A DNA stretch of 64,000 nt from the NCBI GenBank assembly GCA_965226885.1, contig CBDDEL010000013.1:288001-352000 (forward strand), read 5' to 3'. The stretch comes from Opitutales bacterium (GTDB lineage Bacteria; Verrucomicrobiota; Verrucomicrobiia; Opitutales; UBA2987). The notes under the pieces were generated by a model, which saw nothing but the letters and a program-made list of their open reading frames with translations, ran no database searches and was not told where the DNA came from. Of the stretch, positions 1-10,594 are shown in pieces; positions within the stretch are counted from its first letter, which is position 1, and each line of letters starts with the position of its first letter. The position numbers and the translations under genes are program-made.

Positions 1-319
1 AATCGCATTCTTCGGTGATAAGAGGGGACTATTTTAGATTCTTTGTGGCGTCGAATTTCATAGCCGCGTTCGGGCAAACGCTGATACCCCGGCACGTATT
101 CGATCGCATAGGACCTATCGTGGAGAATCGAAATGAGCCTCCCGACTACGAGTATTTTCTACGTGTTTCCCGTCAATATCCGATTGTGCTGTCGAGCGAA
201 TCGCTCGTTAGAAAACGTTACGTGGGAACTAATCGTTCCGGAGTGAGAGAGCGGAGGTATTTTGAATGGTTCTTGATGGGCGTTCCGGTATTATTAATCC
301 GGCAATTGAATAGTAACAG

Positions 320-1363
320 TTAAGCGGCGTATTGAACATCCCGATGATGGAAGAGTTTTTTAATCAAAATTGGTTTTCGTTGCCTGCTGCGCAGGTGGGT
401 TCGCAGACTTCCCTGCAACTCAATTTGGCTGTGCGGGGCCGGCAGGTTCTTCAAGTTCGCTTTGACCGTGTTATTCAAATACTCATCGGGGTTCAATTCG
501 GGACTGTAAGATGGTAGATAAAAAATCCCGATCCTATCGCGGTGGGCTTCAATCCAACCGATTACTTTTTTAGCATGATGCACTCTCAGATTGTCCACAA
601 TGAGAAAGATTTTCCGTTTGGCTCCTTTGATTAACTGGCGCAGAAATTTGATAAACAGTTCCACATTCAAGGCTCCCTTGTAAACCATGAAACGCAGCTT
701 TCCACGGTTGGTTATAGTCGAGATCATGCTCGTGCTAAAACGACGCGCACTGCGTTTGGCAACTGGCGTTTTACCGCGCGGAGCATAACCTCTTCCCCGA
801 TGATCTTCGCTACTGATGCCGGTGATGCCGGTTTCATCTCCCCAGTGGATTTGGGCCTGTTGCGCTTTGGCTCTGGCTTCGATGGCCGGGTAAGTTTGAT
901 CAAGCCACTTCTTAATCGCCTCAGGCTGCTGCTCATAGGCTTGTCTTCGAGGTTTTTGTGGAGTGAAACCCCAACGGCGAAGATACTCGCCCACCATGCG
1001 GATCGGCATCTTCAAAGCAAACTGCCTTTCAATCAACTCTTGCACCGCTTGGCGCGTCCACAGGGCAAAGGGCATCTTAAGCTGGTCGGGTCTCTTATCG
1101 GTAATCATTCGGCACACCATGCGCTCTTGTTGGGAGCTCAATCTTCGACATTGGCCCTGCCGACGGCCCCGTTGTCCAAGCCGCAGGGCTTTTGGCCCTC
1201 CATTTCGGTAAAGGGCCCACCATTTGCGCACAGCGCTGATCGATACCTTTAAAACCACGGAAACCTCTTCATAAGTGTAACCCTCTCTTTTCAGATCCAC
1301 CGCCCGACACCTCAGCTCATATATAGTCTCTTCGCTTAGTGAACGCGCATCATTCCTATTCAT
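320..1363 (-). CDS. IS630-family transposase
   Basis: 347 aa; HTH N-terminus, WGDET, IVDNLRVH, LPSYSPELNPDE DDE motifs. Confidence 0.95.
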   Translation of the reverse strand: MNRNDARSLSEETIYELRCRAVDLKREGYTYEEVSVVLKVSISAVRKWWALYRNGGPKALRLGQRGRRQGQCRRLSSQQERMVCRMITDKRPDQLKMPFALWTRQAVQELIERQFALKMPIRMVGEYLRRWGFTPQKPRRQAYEQQPEAIKKWLDQTYPAIEARAKAQQAQIHWGDETGITGISSEDHRGRGYAPRGKTPVAKRSARRFSTSMISTITNRGKLRFMVYKGALNVELFIKFLRQLIKGAKRKIFLIVDNLRVHHAKKVIGWIEAHRDRIGIFYLPSYSPELNPDEYLNNTVKANLKNLPAPHSQIELQGSLRTHLRSRQRKPILIKKLFHHRDVQYAA

Positions 1364-1378
1364 GAACCTACTTTAGCA

Positions 1379-1391
1379 TAAGTTATTGATA
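1379..1391 (-). promoter_or_regulatory. Possible IHF-binding site in IS630 left end
   Basis: Minus strand TATCAATAACTTA matches the IHF consensus WATCAANNNNTTR, between the TIR and the transposase start. Confidence 0.35.
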
Positions 1392-1486
1392 TGTCACTAT
1401 TTATTTGCCGGATTGATAAATCGTTGGATCAGTTGTACGAAAGAGGAGGAGCGTAGATTTATTGCGGCGACTTTCAGGAAAAAGAC

Positions 1487-2311
1487 GGTAGTGTATTAAG
1501 TAGGAATGGTGGCTAATTATTAGTAGGAATGGTGGCTAATTCTTGATTATATTGATGAATGAAAAGTCTCAGACAGGTTTCATGCATACTCTTAAGCTTC
1601 GAAAAGGAGAGGGTTCTGCGTGTGAAACGACCCAGTCGTTGGCGCAGGGTATTGTTCCATCGTTCCACATGGGCCGTTTCACCGGTTTCTTTTCCCACGG
1701 ATCGGTTATGAGGAAAGACTTCATCATAAGTGCTCCAAAAGTCGCTGTAGGTGGCACATCTTTTGTAGGCCCGTGGCAGACGCTCGTAAAGTTCCCGGCA
1801 ACGATACCAATCCCGAGGCCCAATGGCATAGGAGAGGATTTGACGGGTGCGTCGGCAAAGAGCGATCCAAACCCATTGGGCATCGCTCTTGCGCCCCACA
1901 AAAGACCACAGTTCGTCCAGTTCAATGACATCATGGCGGCGGGCCGCAAGAATCGTGCTTTTGAGCGGTCGCAGCGATTGTCGTTTTTTTTAACCAACTC
2001 AAAACGGTGTTGGGACTCACCCCGAAGGCGCGCTGTAAACCGCGTAGACTGCTGCGTTCCTGATAGACTCGAAGGATCATTTCTTTTTGCTCTTCGGTGT
2101 ATTTCACTGTGGGGTTTTCGCGGCTTTGTTTACCACAATCATGGCAGCGGTAGCGCTGTTTATGGTTGGGCGTCTTGCCAAATTTAATGATATTTTCACT
2201 TCCACAGTGCCGACAATTAATAATTTTAGTAACCATGCACTAAGAATAAACTGCCTAACGCTATTTGTACAGCTAAAAATACAAAATAACATTCTTTTTT
2301 TATACACTACC
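1487..2311 (-). mobile_element. IS1-family element type A (insA 2236-1931; insB to 1513; -1 frameshift)
   Basis: GGTAGTGTAT TIRs; Zn-finger InsA (CRHC...CHDC); A8C slippery site; InsB LDELW/SDFW/HVERWN. No TSD; internal 23-bp duplication. Confidence 0.95.
1495..1541. repeat. Short tandem duplication (24/23 bp) in IS1-A end
   Basis: ATTAAGTAGGAATGGTGGCTAATT followed by ATTAGTAGGAATGGTGGCTAATT; single copy in sister elements (e.g. 57161). Confidence 0.9.
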
Positions 2312-3011
2312 CGGAAGCGATCACATCATCAAGCACGGCAAGGATCCGAAAGGGGTTCAGAAGTATCGATGCAAGAGGTGTGGTTATCAGTTTCGGCTTC
2401 ACCCTAAAAGTCGTGAGCATCCCCCGGCATTGGTCGAGCAAGTGCTCCGTGCGCACCAAAACCGGATGAGCCTGCGTGCCATTTACCGTACCTTCGGGGT
2501 AGCCCCAAAGACGGTCATTGAATGGATTAAAAAAAAGTCCTGAGTTTGCCGAAGCTGGAATCCACCCTGCTTGCTCGCCAGTGTAATGATGTGCTGGAGC
2601 TGGACGAGGTGTGGTCATTCTGGGGCGATAAGCGTTCGGGGTAGGTATGGCTATGGGTAGCCTTGTGCCGACGTACCCGACAGGTCGTCGGCTTTGCCCT
2701 GGGTGATCGTAGCGATCAAACGTGCTGGCAGTTGAATCACAACATCGCCCAACCGTATCGCAACTGTGCCACCGTAAGCGATTTCTGGGAGAGCTATGAC
2801 AAGGTTTTCCCTCACAACAGCGCCAGCGGGAAACAATCCGGTCAAACCGCCCATATCGAACGCTGGAACAATACCTTGCGACAGTCTCTGTCACGCTATG
2901 TGCGCAAAACGCTGTCATTCTCCAAATCTTTGGTCATGCATTTTCGTGTCCTGTGCTTGTTCATCTGGGAATACAACAGCAATATCAAACATTCGTCATG
3001 TTAACACTACC
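2312..3011 (+). mobile_element. IS1-family element type B, 5'-truncated, with amber stop in insB
   Basis: Matches the full copy at 21066-21861 from CGGAAGCGATCAC onward; ends TTAACACTACC; in-frame TAG at 2642-2644. Confidence 0.9.
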
Positions 3012-3521
3012 AAATTCCGATCCGTTGTCCGAGCGGATGCACTGGGGTTTGCCGTTCTCTCTTATGGCTTCGTTCAATACCTCCACCACATCGGTACTTT
3101 TCAGTGAGCGAGCAACCTTAATGGCCAGGCATTGTCGGGTATGCTCGTCGATCAATGTCAAGAGCCTGAGCGGACCGCCCCGGTCAGTGCGATCGGCCAC
3201 GAAGTCCCATCTCCACACATGGTTGGGCTGCACGGCCCGGGTCGGGGAGGCTGTAGATTGGCCCTGCCTGCGACGACGCTTGCGAGGCGGGCGCACACCC
3301 AGTCCTTCGGCAGGTCGCACTTTCTGCACAAATTTGCGACTCACGGGCCAGCCTTCGTGGAACAACATAGCGCGGATTCGCCGATAGCCATAGCGAGGAT
3401 GCTTCTTCGAAAAGGCAATGATGCGTGCCACCAGTTTATGCCTATACTCAGTAGCTTTTGACGTGTACTGGATTTGTTGGACACGGGATTCTCTTATATT
3501 CATTGTTTATTGATTAGTGTG

Positions 3522-4439
3522 TCAGGCGGCTTGTTTTGGTAAAGGGTTTTGTTTTCTCGTTGCCCCCCATGGGGGGCAAATATTTTCCTCGAATTGGACT
3601 GGGCTTTGGTAACTCAGAGAGGAATGTTTGCGATATCGGTTGTAGAAGATTTCCACGTATTCGAAGACAGTTGATCGCAGTTCGCGCTCGTCGGCAAAGT
3701 GGCGGCCTCGAATCGTGCTGGTCTTGAAGCGGCCGTAGAACGATTCCATGGCCGCGTTGTCGTAGCAGTTGCCTTGGGCGCTCATGCTCGGCTTCATGCC
3801 TAGTTCAGAGACCAGCCTCTGATAGTCGTCGCTGGCGTAGGGGCTGCCCCGATCGCTGTGATGAATAATCCCGGTGCGCAGTGTGCCGCGGGTCATGGCC
3901 GCGGCTTTGAGGGCCTTGCCAACCAGCTTCGCGTCGTTGTGGTTGGAAACGCTCCAGCCCAGCAGGCGTCGGCTGAACAGGTCCATCACCGTGGCCAAGT
4001 ACATCCAACCGGCCAGGGTCCGTAGGTAGGTCGTGTCCGCCACCCAGACCTCGTCGATATGGGTCGGCTGGCCATGCTTTTTAAGCACATTGGGGCTGTA
4101 ACCATAGGGATGGTTACTGTTGGTTTTTAATGGCTTAAAGCGTTTACTCTGGGTGCTTTTGATTCCCATTTCACGCATCAGACGCAGAGCCCGGTCACGG
4201 CCGCAATCGATGCCCTCATCATCCTTCAGATGGCGGTGCATTGGCCGATGCCCATAGCGGCCCTTGGCCTCTTTGTGTACCTTCAGGATCGCCCCCTTGA
4301 TTCCCTCGTCCTCGATCCGCCGGGCCGAGGGCGCTCGGTGCCTCCAGCAGTAATAGCCACTGCGACAAATCCCCATCGCCGAGCATATTTCCTCGATCTT
4401 GAAGCGCCCCTCGTTGTCTTTGACAAACTGGTACTTCAT
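3522..4439 (-). CDS. IS3-family transposase OrfB (rve integrase core)
   Basis: WVADTTY, HHSDRGS, GNCYDNAAMESF DDE motifs. Confidence 0.95.
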   Translation of the reverse strand: MKYQFVKDNEGRFKIEEICSAMGICRSGYYCWRHRAPSARRIEDEGIKGAILKVHKEAKGRYGHRPMHRHLKDDEGIDCGRDRALRLMREMGIKSTQSKRFKPLKTNSNHPYGYSPNVLKKHGQPTHIDEVWVADTTYLRTLAGWMYLATVMDLFSRRLLGWSVSNHNDAKLVGKALKAAAMTRGTLRTGIIHHSDRGSPYASDDYQRLVSELGMKPSMSAQGNCYDNAAMESFYGRFKTSTIRGRHFADERELRSTVFEYVEIFYNRYRKHSSLSYQSPVQFEENICPPWGATRKQNPLPKQAA

Positions 4440-4747
4440 TGTTCGTCCTTGGCAAAGTAGCCCACCGTTTTTTTAGTATCTGGTTGATCCGCTCCGAGCG
4501 GCGCAGCTCTTTGCGAAGACGATCTATCTCGGCCGCCATCTCCTTCGGACTGCTCTGTCGCTTTGAGGTGGCTTCGCCCTGCTGATCGTCCAGATAGAGC
4601 CTCTTCCACCTATACAATTGGTTGGTGTTGACCCCAAGTTTGGTCGATACCTCGGTGGCGCTCAGACCATCGAGTATCATCAGTTGAACTGCCTCATTTT
4701 TGAACTCTATACTAAAGCGTCTTCTTCCCATGCTTCGATTCTCCATT

Positions 4748-4777
4748 TAGGAGAATCTCGTGTAGGAGAATCTCGTG
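4748..4777. repeat. 15-bp tandem duplication in IS3 left end
   Basis: TAGGAGAATCTCGTG x2; single in the copies ending at 28316 and 54247. Confidence 0.9.
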
Positions 4778-4920
4778 TCCACTTTTTCCAGTGCACATCA
4801 CTTTCTTGGGTTCATACAGGTAGGTTGAGCGGTGCAACCCAAAATACTGACAGGCCCGACGCAGCGAGCACGACCCTTGGGCCAATACATGCTTCACCGC
4901 TTCCTTTTTCTGCTTCGGGC

Positions 4921-5187
4921 CTACCATTTTTTTGCGTTCACCTCCTTGAGCACACGGTTCTCCAGCATCTGCTCGGCTACTATCTTCTTAAGCTGCGTGC
5001 TCTCGCGCTCCAGCTCCTTCAGCCGCTTGGCGTCACGTAACTCCATCCGGCCATACTTTTCACGCCAGCGATGGTAGCTTTGAGGACTGATATTGCGGGA
5101 CCGACAGACATCCTGGATGCCTTTGCCTGCGTCTACTTCGCGCAGAATCGTTATGATCTGTTCAGGGGTGTATCTTTTTTGCTTCAT
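4921..5187 (-). CDS. IS3/IS407 transposase OrfA
   Basis: MKQKRYTPEQIITILRE...YHRWREKYG...LKELE...KKW, a typical HTH/leucine-zipper OrfA. Confidence 0.9.
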   Translation of the reverse strand: MKQKRYTPEQIITILREVDAGKGIQDVCRSRNISPQSYHRWREKYGRMELRDAKRLKELERESTQLKKIVAEQMLENRVLKEVNAKKW

Positions 5188-5417
5188 ATGTCTTTCCGGT
5201 AATTTCTCCAGAAAGACTCTCACTGGCAATGGTCGTGTTTTTGGCGGTTACATCACGCCTGGCAGAGATATATATAGAAAAAACAATTGTCAAAGCGTAT
5301 TGAAAGGAGCAAATTGGATCGAAATATTGAAAAGTATCTATTTTCAACGATTATGAATGTTCATAGGGGAAATCTCGGTTAACAATAAATTTACCCTTTT
5401 GGTTTCCGGTTAATCTA

Positions 5418-7236
5418 GAGGCTGTCCCAAAAATATAAAGATTTTATAGTCAACTGGATGACGTTGATAAAAAGAGCCGGAAAGAGCAAGTTTTTGCTCG
5501 ATCCGGCCAAAAAAGGGTTCTATAATTGAGTTAGCGAAAATCAATATATAGCCCTTTCTATGAAAAATATAGCCATCCAATGCCTCCTGCGTCCAGCTTT
5601 AACTGTGGTCGACCGGTGCCTCGATTACGATAACTTCCGCGCCACCATTGATCGAATCGATCGGCTGCTGATCGACTCGGAGGTGGAATCGCAGGCCATT
5701 GAGCTGGCCTTGGAGGGGTGGCCGCCAATGGGTCTAAAGGCCCGGCGGCAGCGGGCCAGTTTTGCCATCAAGGCACTGCGCATGGATACGCTGGGCCGTC
5801 TGCTCGGAGGGATTTCGTTTCGGCATTTGTCGCGGGCTCTGGGCAGCAGCGATCTGTTGGCCGACTTTTGCCGTGTCCGGCAGATCGATGGCATCAGGGG
5901 CATCTCCAAAAGCACCCTGGAGCGGGCCTCGAAGTTTTTCAGCGAAGAGCAGTTGAGGGCCTTGCACCGGACCTTGACTGAGGTGGTGGGCGATGCCCTT
6001 CTGGCCCGGCAGGTGAGATTGGACAAGCCGATTGACCCCACCATTTGCCTGATCGACGGCACCTGTTTGGAGGCTAACATTCATTGGCCGACGGACTGGG
6101 TATTACTCAAGGATGTAGCCGGCACGTTGCTCAAAGCGATCCGGCTGATCCGCGAGAAGGCCGGTTTGCGCCATCGCATGCCGATCGAACCGGAGCCCTT
6201 GGCTCGGCAGATGAATCGGCTGTGCATACAGATGACCCACAGCCGGCGGCGAAAGGACAGCGCGCGGCAGCGCAAGGGTATCTTGAGGCAGATGAGAAAG
6301 CTGTTCAAACGGATCGGGGAGCATGCCCGCAGTCACCGGGAATTATTGCAAGCCTGCTGGGAGCAAAGCGATTACAGCGAAAAACAGGTCCAACAGATCC
6401 TCGCCCGGATGGAGCGCATGAGCGAGCAAATCCCGGTGGTCATCAAACAGGCGCACGAGCGGATCATTGGCGGCCGCCAGGTGAAAAACGCAGAGAAAGT
6501 CTTGAGTGTTTACGAACTCGATGGGCAGGTGATTGTGCGAGGTAAAGCGGGCCAAGAGGTCGAGTTCGGCAACACCCTGTTTTTGGGAGAAAGCGTTGAA
6601 GGGTACCTGCTGGACTGGAAACTCTACGGCAGCCGAACTCCAAGCGAAAATGAACAAATGCAAGAGAGTTTGCAAAGACAGAACCGCTTCAACCTGGAAG
6701 AACCCATAGCGGCCATGTGCGCGGACCGGGGATTTGCCTCCCAGCGGGCCCGCCGGCAGTTAGCCCAGGAGGGAATCTACGACGCGCTCTGTCCACGCGA
6801 TCCGAAGCAGTTGAAAAAACGGATGGAGGAACCACTGTTCAGGCAATTGCAAAAGCGCCGGGCCAGCACCGAAGGGCGGATCGGGGTATTGAAGAATCGC
6901 TGGCAGGCCGGGCGGTTGCGCAGCAAAGGCTTTGCCAACCGCTCGATCAGCGTAGCCTGGTCGGTACTCTCGCACAACCTATGGAAAGTAGCCAAGATGC
7001 TGGCCCAGCAAGACGAACTAAAAACCAAAGCGGCGGCCTAGAGAGCGGAAAAGCAAGGACAATACTTTTTCACAGCCTTACTGTCGGCTCATACAAAGAA
7101 AACCAGGCAACCGGACCCCAAAACCAGTATCCTAACGTCATAGGAGAGCAAAGTTGATACTCTCCCAAATGCAAATACCTCTAAAATGAGCGCCTATCAA
7201 AAGCCCTCGCAAAAATCACCCTTTTGGGACAGCCTC
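5418..7236 (+). mobile_element. IS5/ISNCY-like element (~1.82 kb), complete
   Basis: Perfect 15-bp TIR GAGGCTGTCCCAAAA; TA on both sides; seven full or partial copies in the window. Confidence 0.9.
5560..7041 (+). CDS. DDE transposase (IS5/ISNCY-like, 493 aa)
   Basis: LIDGTCLEANIHWPTD, GKAGQEVEFG, ADRGF, RRASTEGRIGVLK motifs. Confidence 0.9.
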   Translation: MKNIAIQCLLRPALTVVDRCLDYDNFRATIDRIDRLLIDSEVESQAIELALEGWPPMGLKARRQRASFAIKALRMDTLGRLLGGISFRHLSRALGSSDLLADFCRVRQIDGIRGISKSTLERASKFFSEEQLRALHRTLTEVVGDALLARQVRLDKPIDPTICLIDGTCLEANIHWPTDWVLLKDVAGTLLKAIRLIREKAGLRHRMPIEPEPLARQMNRLCIQMTHSRRRKDSARQRKGILRQMRKLFKRIGEHARSHRELLQACWEQSDYSEKQVQQILARMERMSEQIPVVIKQAHERIIGGRQVKNAEKVLSVYELDGQVIVRGKAGQEVEFGNTLFLGESVEGYLLDWKLYGSRTPSENEQMQESLQRQNRFNLEEPIAAMCADRGFASQRARRQLAQEGIYDALCPRDPKQLKKRMEEPLFRQLQKRRASTEGRIGVLKNRWQAGRLRSKGFANRSISVAWSVLSHNLWKVAKMLAQQDELKTKAAA

Positions 7237-7268
7237 TAATCTATGCCCAACCTTCAGAAATTAAAGCT

Positions 7269-8255
7269 TTGAAGAATATACTTCTAACCGGGGCTGCCGG
7301 ATTTATCGGAGCCGCCACTACGGAAAAATTACTGGCTCAGGGCCTCAGCGTAATTGGAGTGGATAATTTGAATGATTACTACCCCATCGAATTGAAACAA
7401 TTCCGCCTCGATCGACTGCTGAAAAATCCCAAATTCATCTTTTATAAGGCGGACATCGAAAGCGAAACTGAAATTGACAAGATATTTGCCAAGCATCGAC
7501 CTCGGGCCGTGCTTCATTTGGCTGCGCGAGCCGGAGTCCGCCGGAGTTTGCAAAATCCTCAAGATTATTTTCGCACTAATTCATTGGGCGTTATCAATGT
7601 TTTGGAGGCTATGCGGAAATTTAAAACCGCTAAATTAGTCCTTGCCTCTACTTCTTCACTTTATGCCGGAGAGGATTCACCGTTTGTCGAGACCCATCCT
7701 TCCAACACGCCGATCTCGCCTTATGCGGCATCAAAAAAATCAGCCGAGACGTTGGCTTACACCTATCATCACCTTTACGGAATCGATGTAACCGTATTGC
7801 GATATTTTACAGTTTACGGACCTGCCGGCCGGCCCGATATGGCGCCCTTTCGTTTTATCGAGTGGATTCTTGGCCAAAAGCCCCTGAAATTATTCGGTGA
7901 CGGCAATCAATCGCGTGACTTCACCTATATCGATGATGTCGTCGATGGGACCATTCTTGGTCTTAAAGATTTGGGGTATGAAATCATAAATATAGGCTGC
8001 GGAAAAAATCCTCTTTCAATCAACAATCTTTTCCAATTGCTGGAAAAACTAACCGGCAAAAAAGCAAAGATTCAACCTGGTCCCCATATTTCCGCCGATA
8101 TGCGGGAAACGAGGGCCGATATCGCAAAAGCTCAACGAATTCTTGGCTGGGAGCCTGCAATGAGCCCGGTAGATGGGTTTAAGCAAACGGTTCAATGGCA
8201 CCTGGAAAATAGAAGCTGGCTTCCCGCCATCATTTCGGCTTCAGAGAACATCTAA
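7269..8255 (+). CDS. NAD-dependent epimerase (UDP-glucuronate 4-epimerase-like)
   Basis: TGAAGFIG, DNLNDYY, HLAARAGVR, YAASK, RYFTVYGPAGRPDMA; probable TTG start at 7269. Confidence 0.9.
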   Translation: MKNILLTGAAGFIGAATTEKLLAQGLSVIGVDNLNDYYPIELKQFRLDRLLKNPKFIFYKADIESETEIDKIFAKHRPRAVLHLAARAGVRRSLQNPQDYFRTNSLGVINVLEAMRKFKTAKLVLASTSSLYAGEDSPFVETHPSNTPISPYAASKKSAETLAYTYHHLYGIDVTVLRYFTVYGPAGRPDMAPFRFIEWILGQKPLKLFGDGNQSRDFTYIDDVVDGTILGLKDLGYEIINIGCGKNPLSINNLFQLLEKLTGKKAKIQPGPHISADMRETRADIAKAQRILGWEPAMSPVDGFKQTVQWHLENRSWLPAIISASENI

Positions 8256-8300
8256 TTCCGATCGCTTCATAGGATAAAATATTTTCATCCCGTTATTTTT

Positions 8301-8426
8301 ATGAAAGTTCCCCTGCTCGACCTAAAAGCGCAATACCATTCTATTAAAACGGAGATCGATTCCGCTGTCGCCGAAATATTTACCTCTCAAATGTTCATTA
8401 ATGGTGACAAGGGAAATATTATCTAA
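8301..8426 (+). pseudogene. DegT/DnrJ sugar aminotransferase, N-terminal remnant
   Basis: [35 protein letters not shown] is a characteristic DegT N-terminus; stops after 41 codons. Confidence 0.75.
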
Positions 8427-8515
8427 TTATACTTTAAGGGGTGGAGAATAATGGCAGTATTCACACTTTCTGGAGGACGCTTCCTTATTTCCTAAGTTGC
8501 TTCTGTATGTAAAGT

Positions 8516-8821
8516 ATGAGAGGTATTCTTCAGTGTAATAAAGTATTTAATTCTGACGCCATTGCGATCATGGGGTCTGGTCGTTCTTCTTTGAGTTACG
8601 GTCGATTGTGCCGTCACATTGATGAGGCAGGCGCTCAGTTAAACGCCTGGGGAATCGGCCGGAATGATCGAATCGCATTGACACTGCCGAACGGACCCGA
8701 GATGGCAACGGCCTTTCTCGCTATAGCTTCCGTTGCTACCTGCGCTCCGTTGAATCCCGCTTATTCGAAAACTGAGTTTGAATTTTTCCTGACGGATCTG
8801 AATGTCAAAGCACTTATTGTA
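8516..8821 (+). pseudogene. AMP-binding (acyl-CoA synthetase-like) enzyme, N-terminal remnant truncated by IS
   Basis: LSYGRL...GIGRNDRIALTLPNGPE...APLNPAYSKTEFEFFLTD; cut by the IS TIR at 8822. Confidence 0.8.
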
Positions 8822-9020
8822 GAGGCTGTCCCAAAAGGGTGATTTTTGCGAGGGCTTTTGATAGGCGCTCATTTTAGAGGTATTTGCATTTGGGAGAGTA
8901 TCAACTTTGCTCTCCTATAACGTTAGGATACTGGTTTTGGGGTCCGGTTGCCTGGTTTTCTTTGTATGAGCCGACAGTAAGGCTGTGAAAAAGTATTGTC
9001 CTTGCTTTTCCGCTCTCTAG

Positions 9021-10590
9021 CCCGGATATTTCGTAAAAAAAAGTATCGTTGATATGCTTAACTGCTGATATACAGCAGGATAGATCAATAATTAAAGCAA
9101 TATCAGCGATGACAAAAGGTAAACAATTAAAGCTACAGTTGACAAGGGTAAAAGGCCGCCGTGTGCGGGTTGATTTCAAGGGCGGAGAGGTTACTTCGGA
9201 TGCCGGACTGCTTTTGATCCGGGAAGTGGATCGGCAGTTGGGCTTGACCGAACGAGCGGCCCGACAGTTAGTGGACAAACGGCAGAAGGGCAAAGTACGC
9301 CATGAGGTATTGGGGATGCTGCGGCAGCGCGTTTACGGGCTGGTGGCGGGCTATGAGGATTTGAACGACTTTGATACCCTGCGCCACGATCCATTGTTGC
9401 AAACGGTAACGGGGCGCATTGAAACGTTGGCCAGCGCGCCGACTTTGTGTCGTTTTGAAAACGGGCAGGATCGGCGGGCGGCCTTTGCGGTAAACGAGCT
9501 GTTGGTCGAACAGTTCATGGGCTCTTTTGCCGAGGAACCCGAAGAGATCATCCTGGACTTTGACGCCACCGACAATCCGGTGCACGGGCTCCAGGAGGGA
9601 CGTTTTTTCCACGGTTATTATGATCATTACTGTTTTCTGCCGCTATATGTTTTTTGCGGTGATCAGCTGCTGGTGGCCTACCTGCGGCCGAGCAAGATCG
9701 ATGCCAGCAAGCATGCCGGGGCCATCCTCAAATTGCTGGTTAAACGGATGCGCCAAAGCTGGCCCCGTACGCGGATTATTTGGCGCGCCGACAGTGGATT
9801 TTGTCGAGACCGGATACTCTCTTGGTGCGACCGCAACGAAGTTAGTTACATCGTGGGGATGGCTCGCAATGCACGCTTGCAGCAAGACGCCCAGCAGTTG
9901 CAAAAGCAGGCCAAAGAATGGTTCGAACTAAGGGGTAAAAAACAACGGTTATTCCAGGACTTCGTCTATGCTGCCGATTCGTGGCGATGGCTGCGGTTGG
10001 TCATCCATAAAGCCGAACACACCGCACAGGGGTCCAACCCGCGCTTCGTGGTGACGAACCTGCCGGGCGATCCCCAGGAGCTTTACGACAAGGTATACTG
10101 TGGCCGCGGTGAAATGGAGAACCGAATCAAGGAACAGATGCAATTGTTCAGCGAGCGCACCAGCGCCCATCAATGGTGGGCCAATCAGTGGCGATTGCTC
10201 TTGTCGGCGCTGGCCTACACCTTGATGGAAGCCATGCGCCGGTTAGCCTTAAAAGGGACGAAGTGGGCGCGGGCCCAATGCCACACCCTGCGGCTCAAAT
10301 TAATCAAGATCGGAGCGGTCATCGTGCGCACAACACCCGAACGATTCACTTTCACCTAAGTGAGAGTTATCCTTGGGCCAGTCTTTTCAACCATGCGGCC
10401 CGCCGATTGGTGCCAACCTAAAGGGTGCATTGGTGCTGCCCCCGGCACTACCGAACCAATGGGGGAAAGGGGGCAGTGTCTCTACACCCTGAAAAACACC
10501 TAAAAATCAAGACGATCTGCTCAAAATACAAAGAAATCCATCTCCAATAGCAATAACGAGCCAAACTTTACCCTTCATGAAATATCCGGG
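9021..10590 (+). mobile_element. IS1380-family element, copy 1 (transposase 9109-10421 frameshifted near 3' end)
   Basis: TIR CCCGGATATTTC; flanks CTAG / TTAG; 2-nt insertion GCGCACAACACC near 10330. Confidence 0.95.
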
Positions 10591-10594
10591 TTAG

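Larger units (their letters stand above)
294..1416 (-). mobile_element. IS630-family insertion sequence
   Basis: Imperfect ~25-bp TIRs (TTAATCCGGCAATTGAATAGTAACA / TGTCACTATTTATTTGCCGGATTGA); TA duplicated at 292-293 and 1417-1418. Confidence 0.95.
3..1486 (+). pseudogene. Glycosyltransferase (GT2-like) 3' part, interrupted by IS630 and truncated by IS1
   Basis: ORF ...FDRIG...DYEYFLRVS... resembles a GT2 C-terminal region. Removing IS630 (294-1416) and one TA restores an open frame VPVLNRWISCTKEEERRFIAATFRKK up to the IS1 end at 1487. Confidence 0.55.
3459..4800 (-). mobile_element. IS3-family element (second type), complete
   Basis: TG...CA ends (TGACGTGTACTGGA / TCCAGTGCACATCA); 4-bp TSD CTTT (3455-3458, 4801-4804); orfA starts at 4746 and has a 1-nt shorter A-run than sister copies. 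Confidence 0.95.
3012..5252 (-). mobile_element. IS3-family (IS407-like) element, interrupted by a second IS3 element and 3'-truncated by IS1-B
   Basis: Left end TGTAACC... at 5252; orfA 5187-4921; A7TGG frameshift window; orfB with PNHVWRWDF and RSDNGSEF, cut at 3012. Confidence 0.9.

Noticed and set aside
1543..2187. Long antisense and alternate-frame ORFs in the IS1, IS1380 and IS5-like copies (e.g. 214 aa, 151 aa, 134 aa)
   Set aside because: Shadow frames of transposases; they recur only because the IS is repeated and show no recognisable motifs.
5253..5356. Possible glycosyltransferase C-terminal remnant between two IS
   Set aside because: Too short, with no diagnostic motif.
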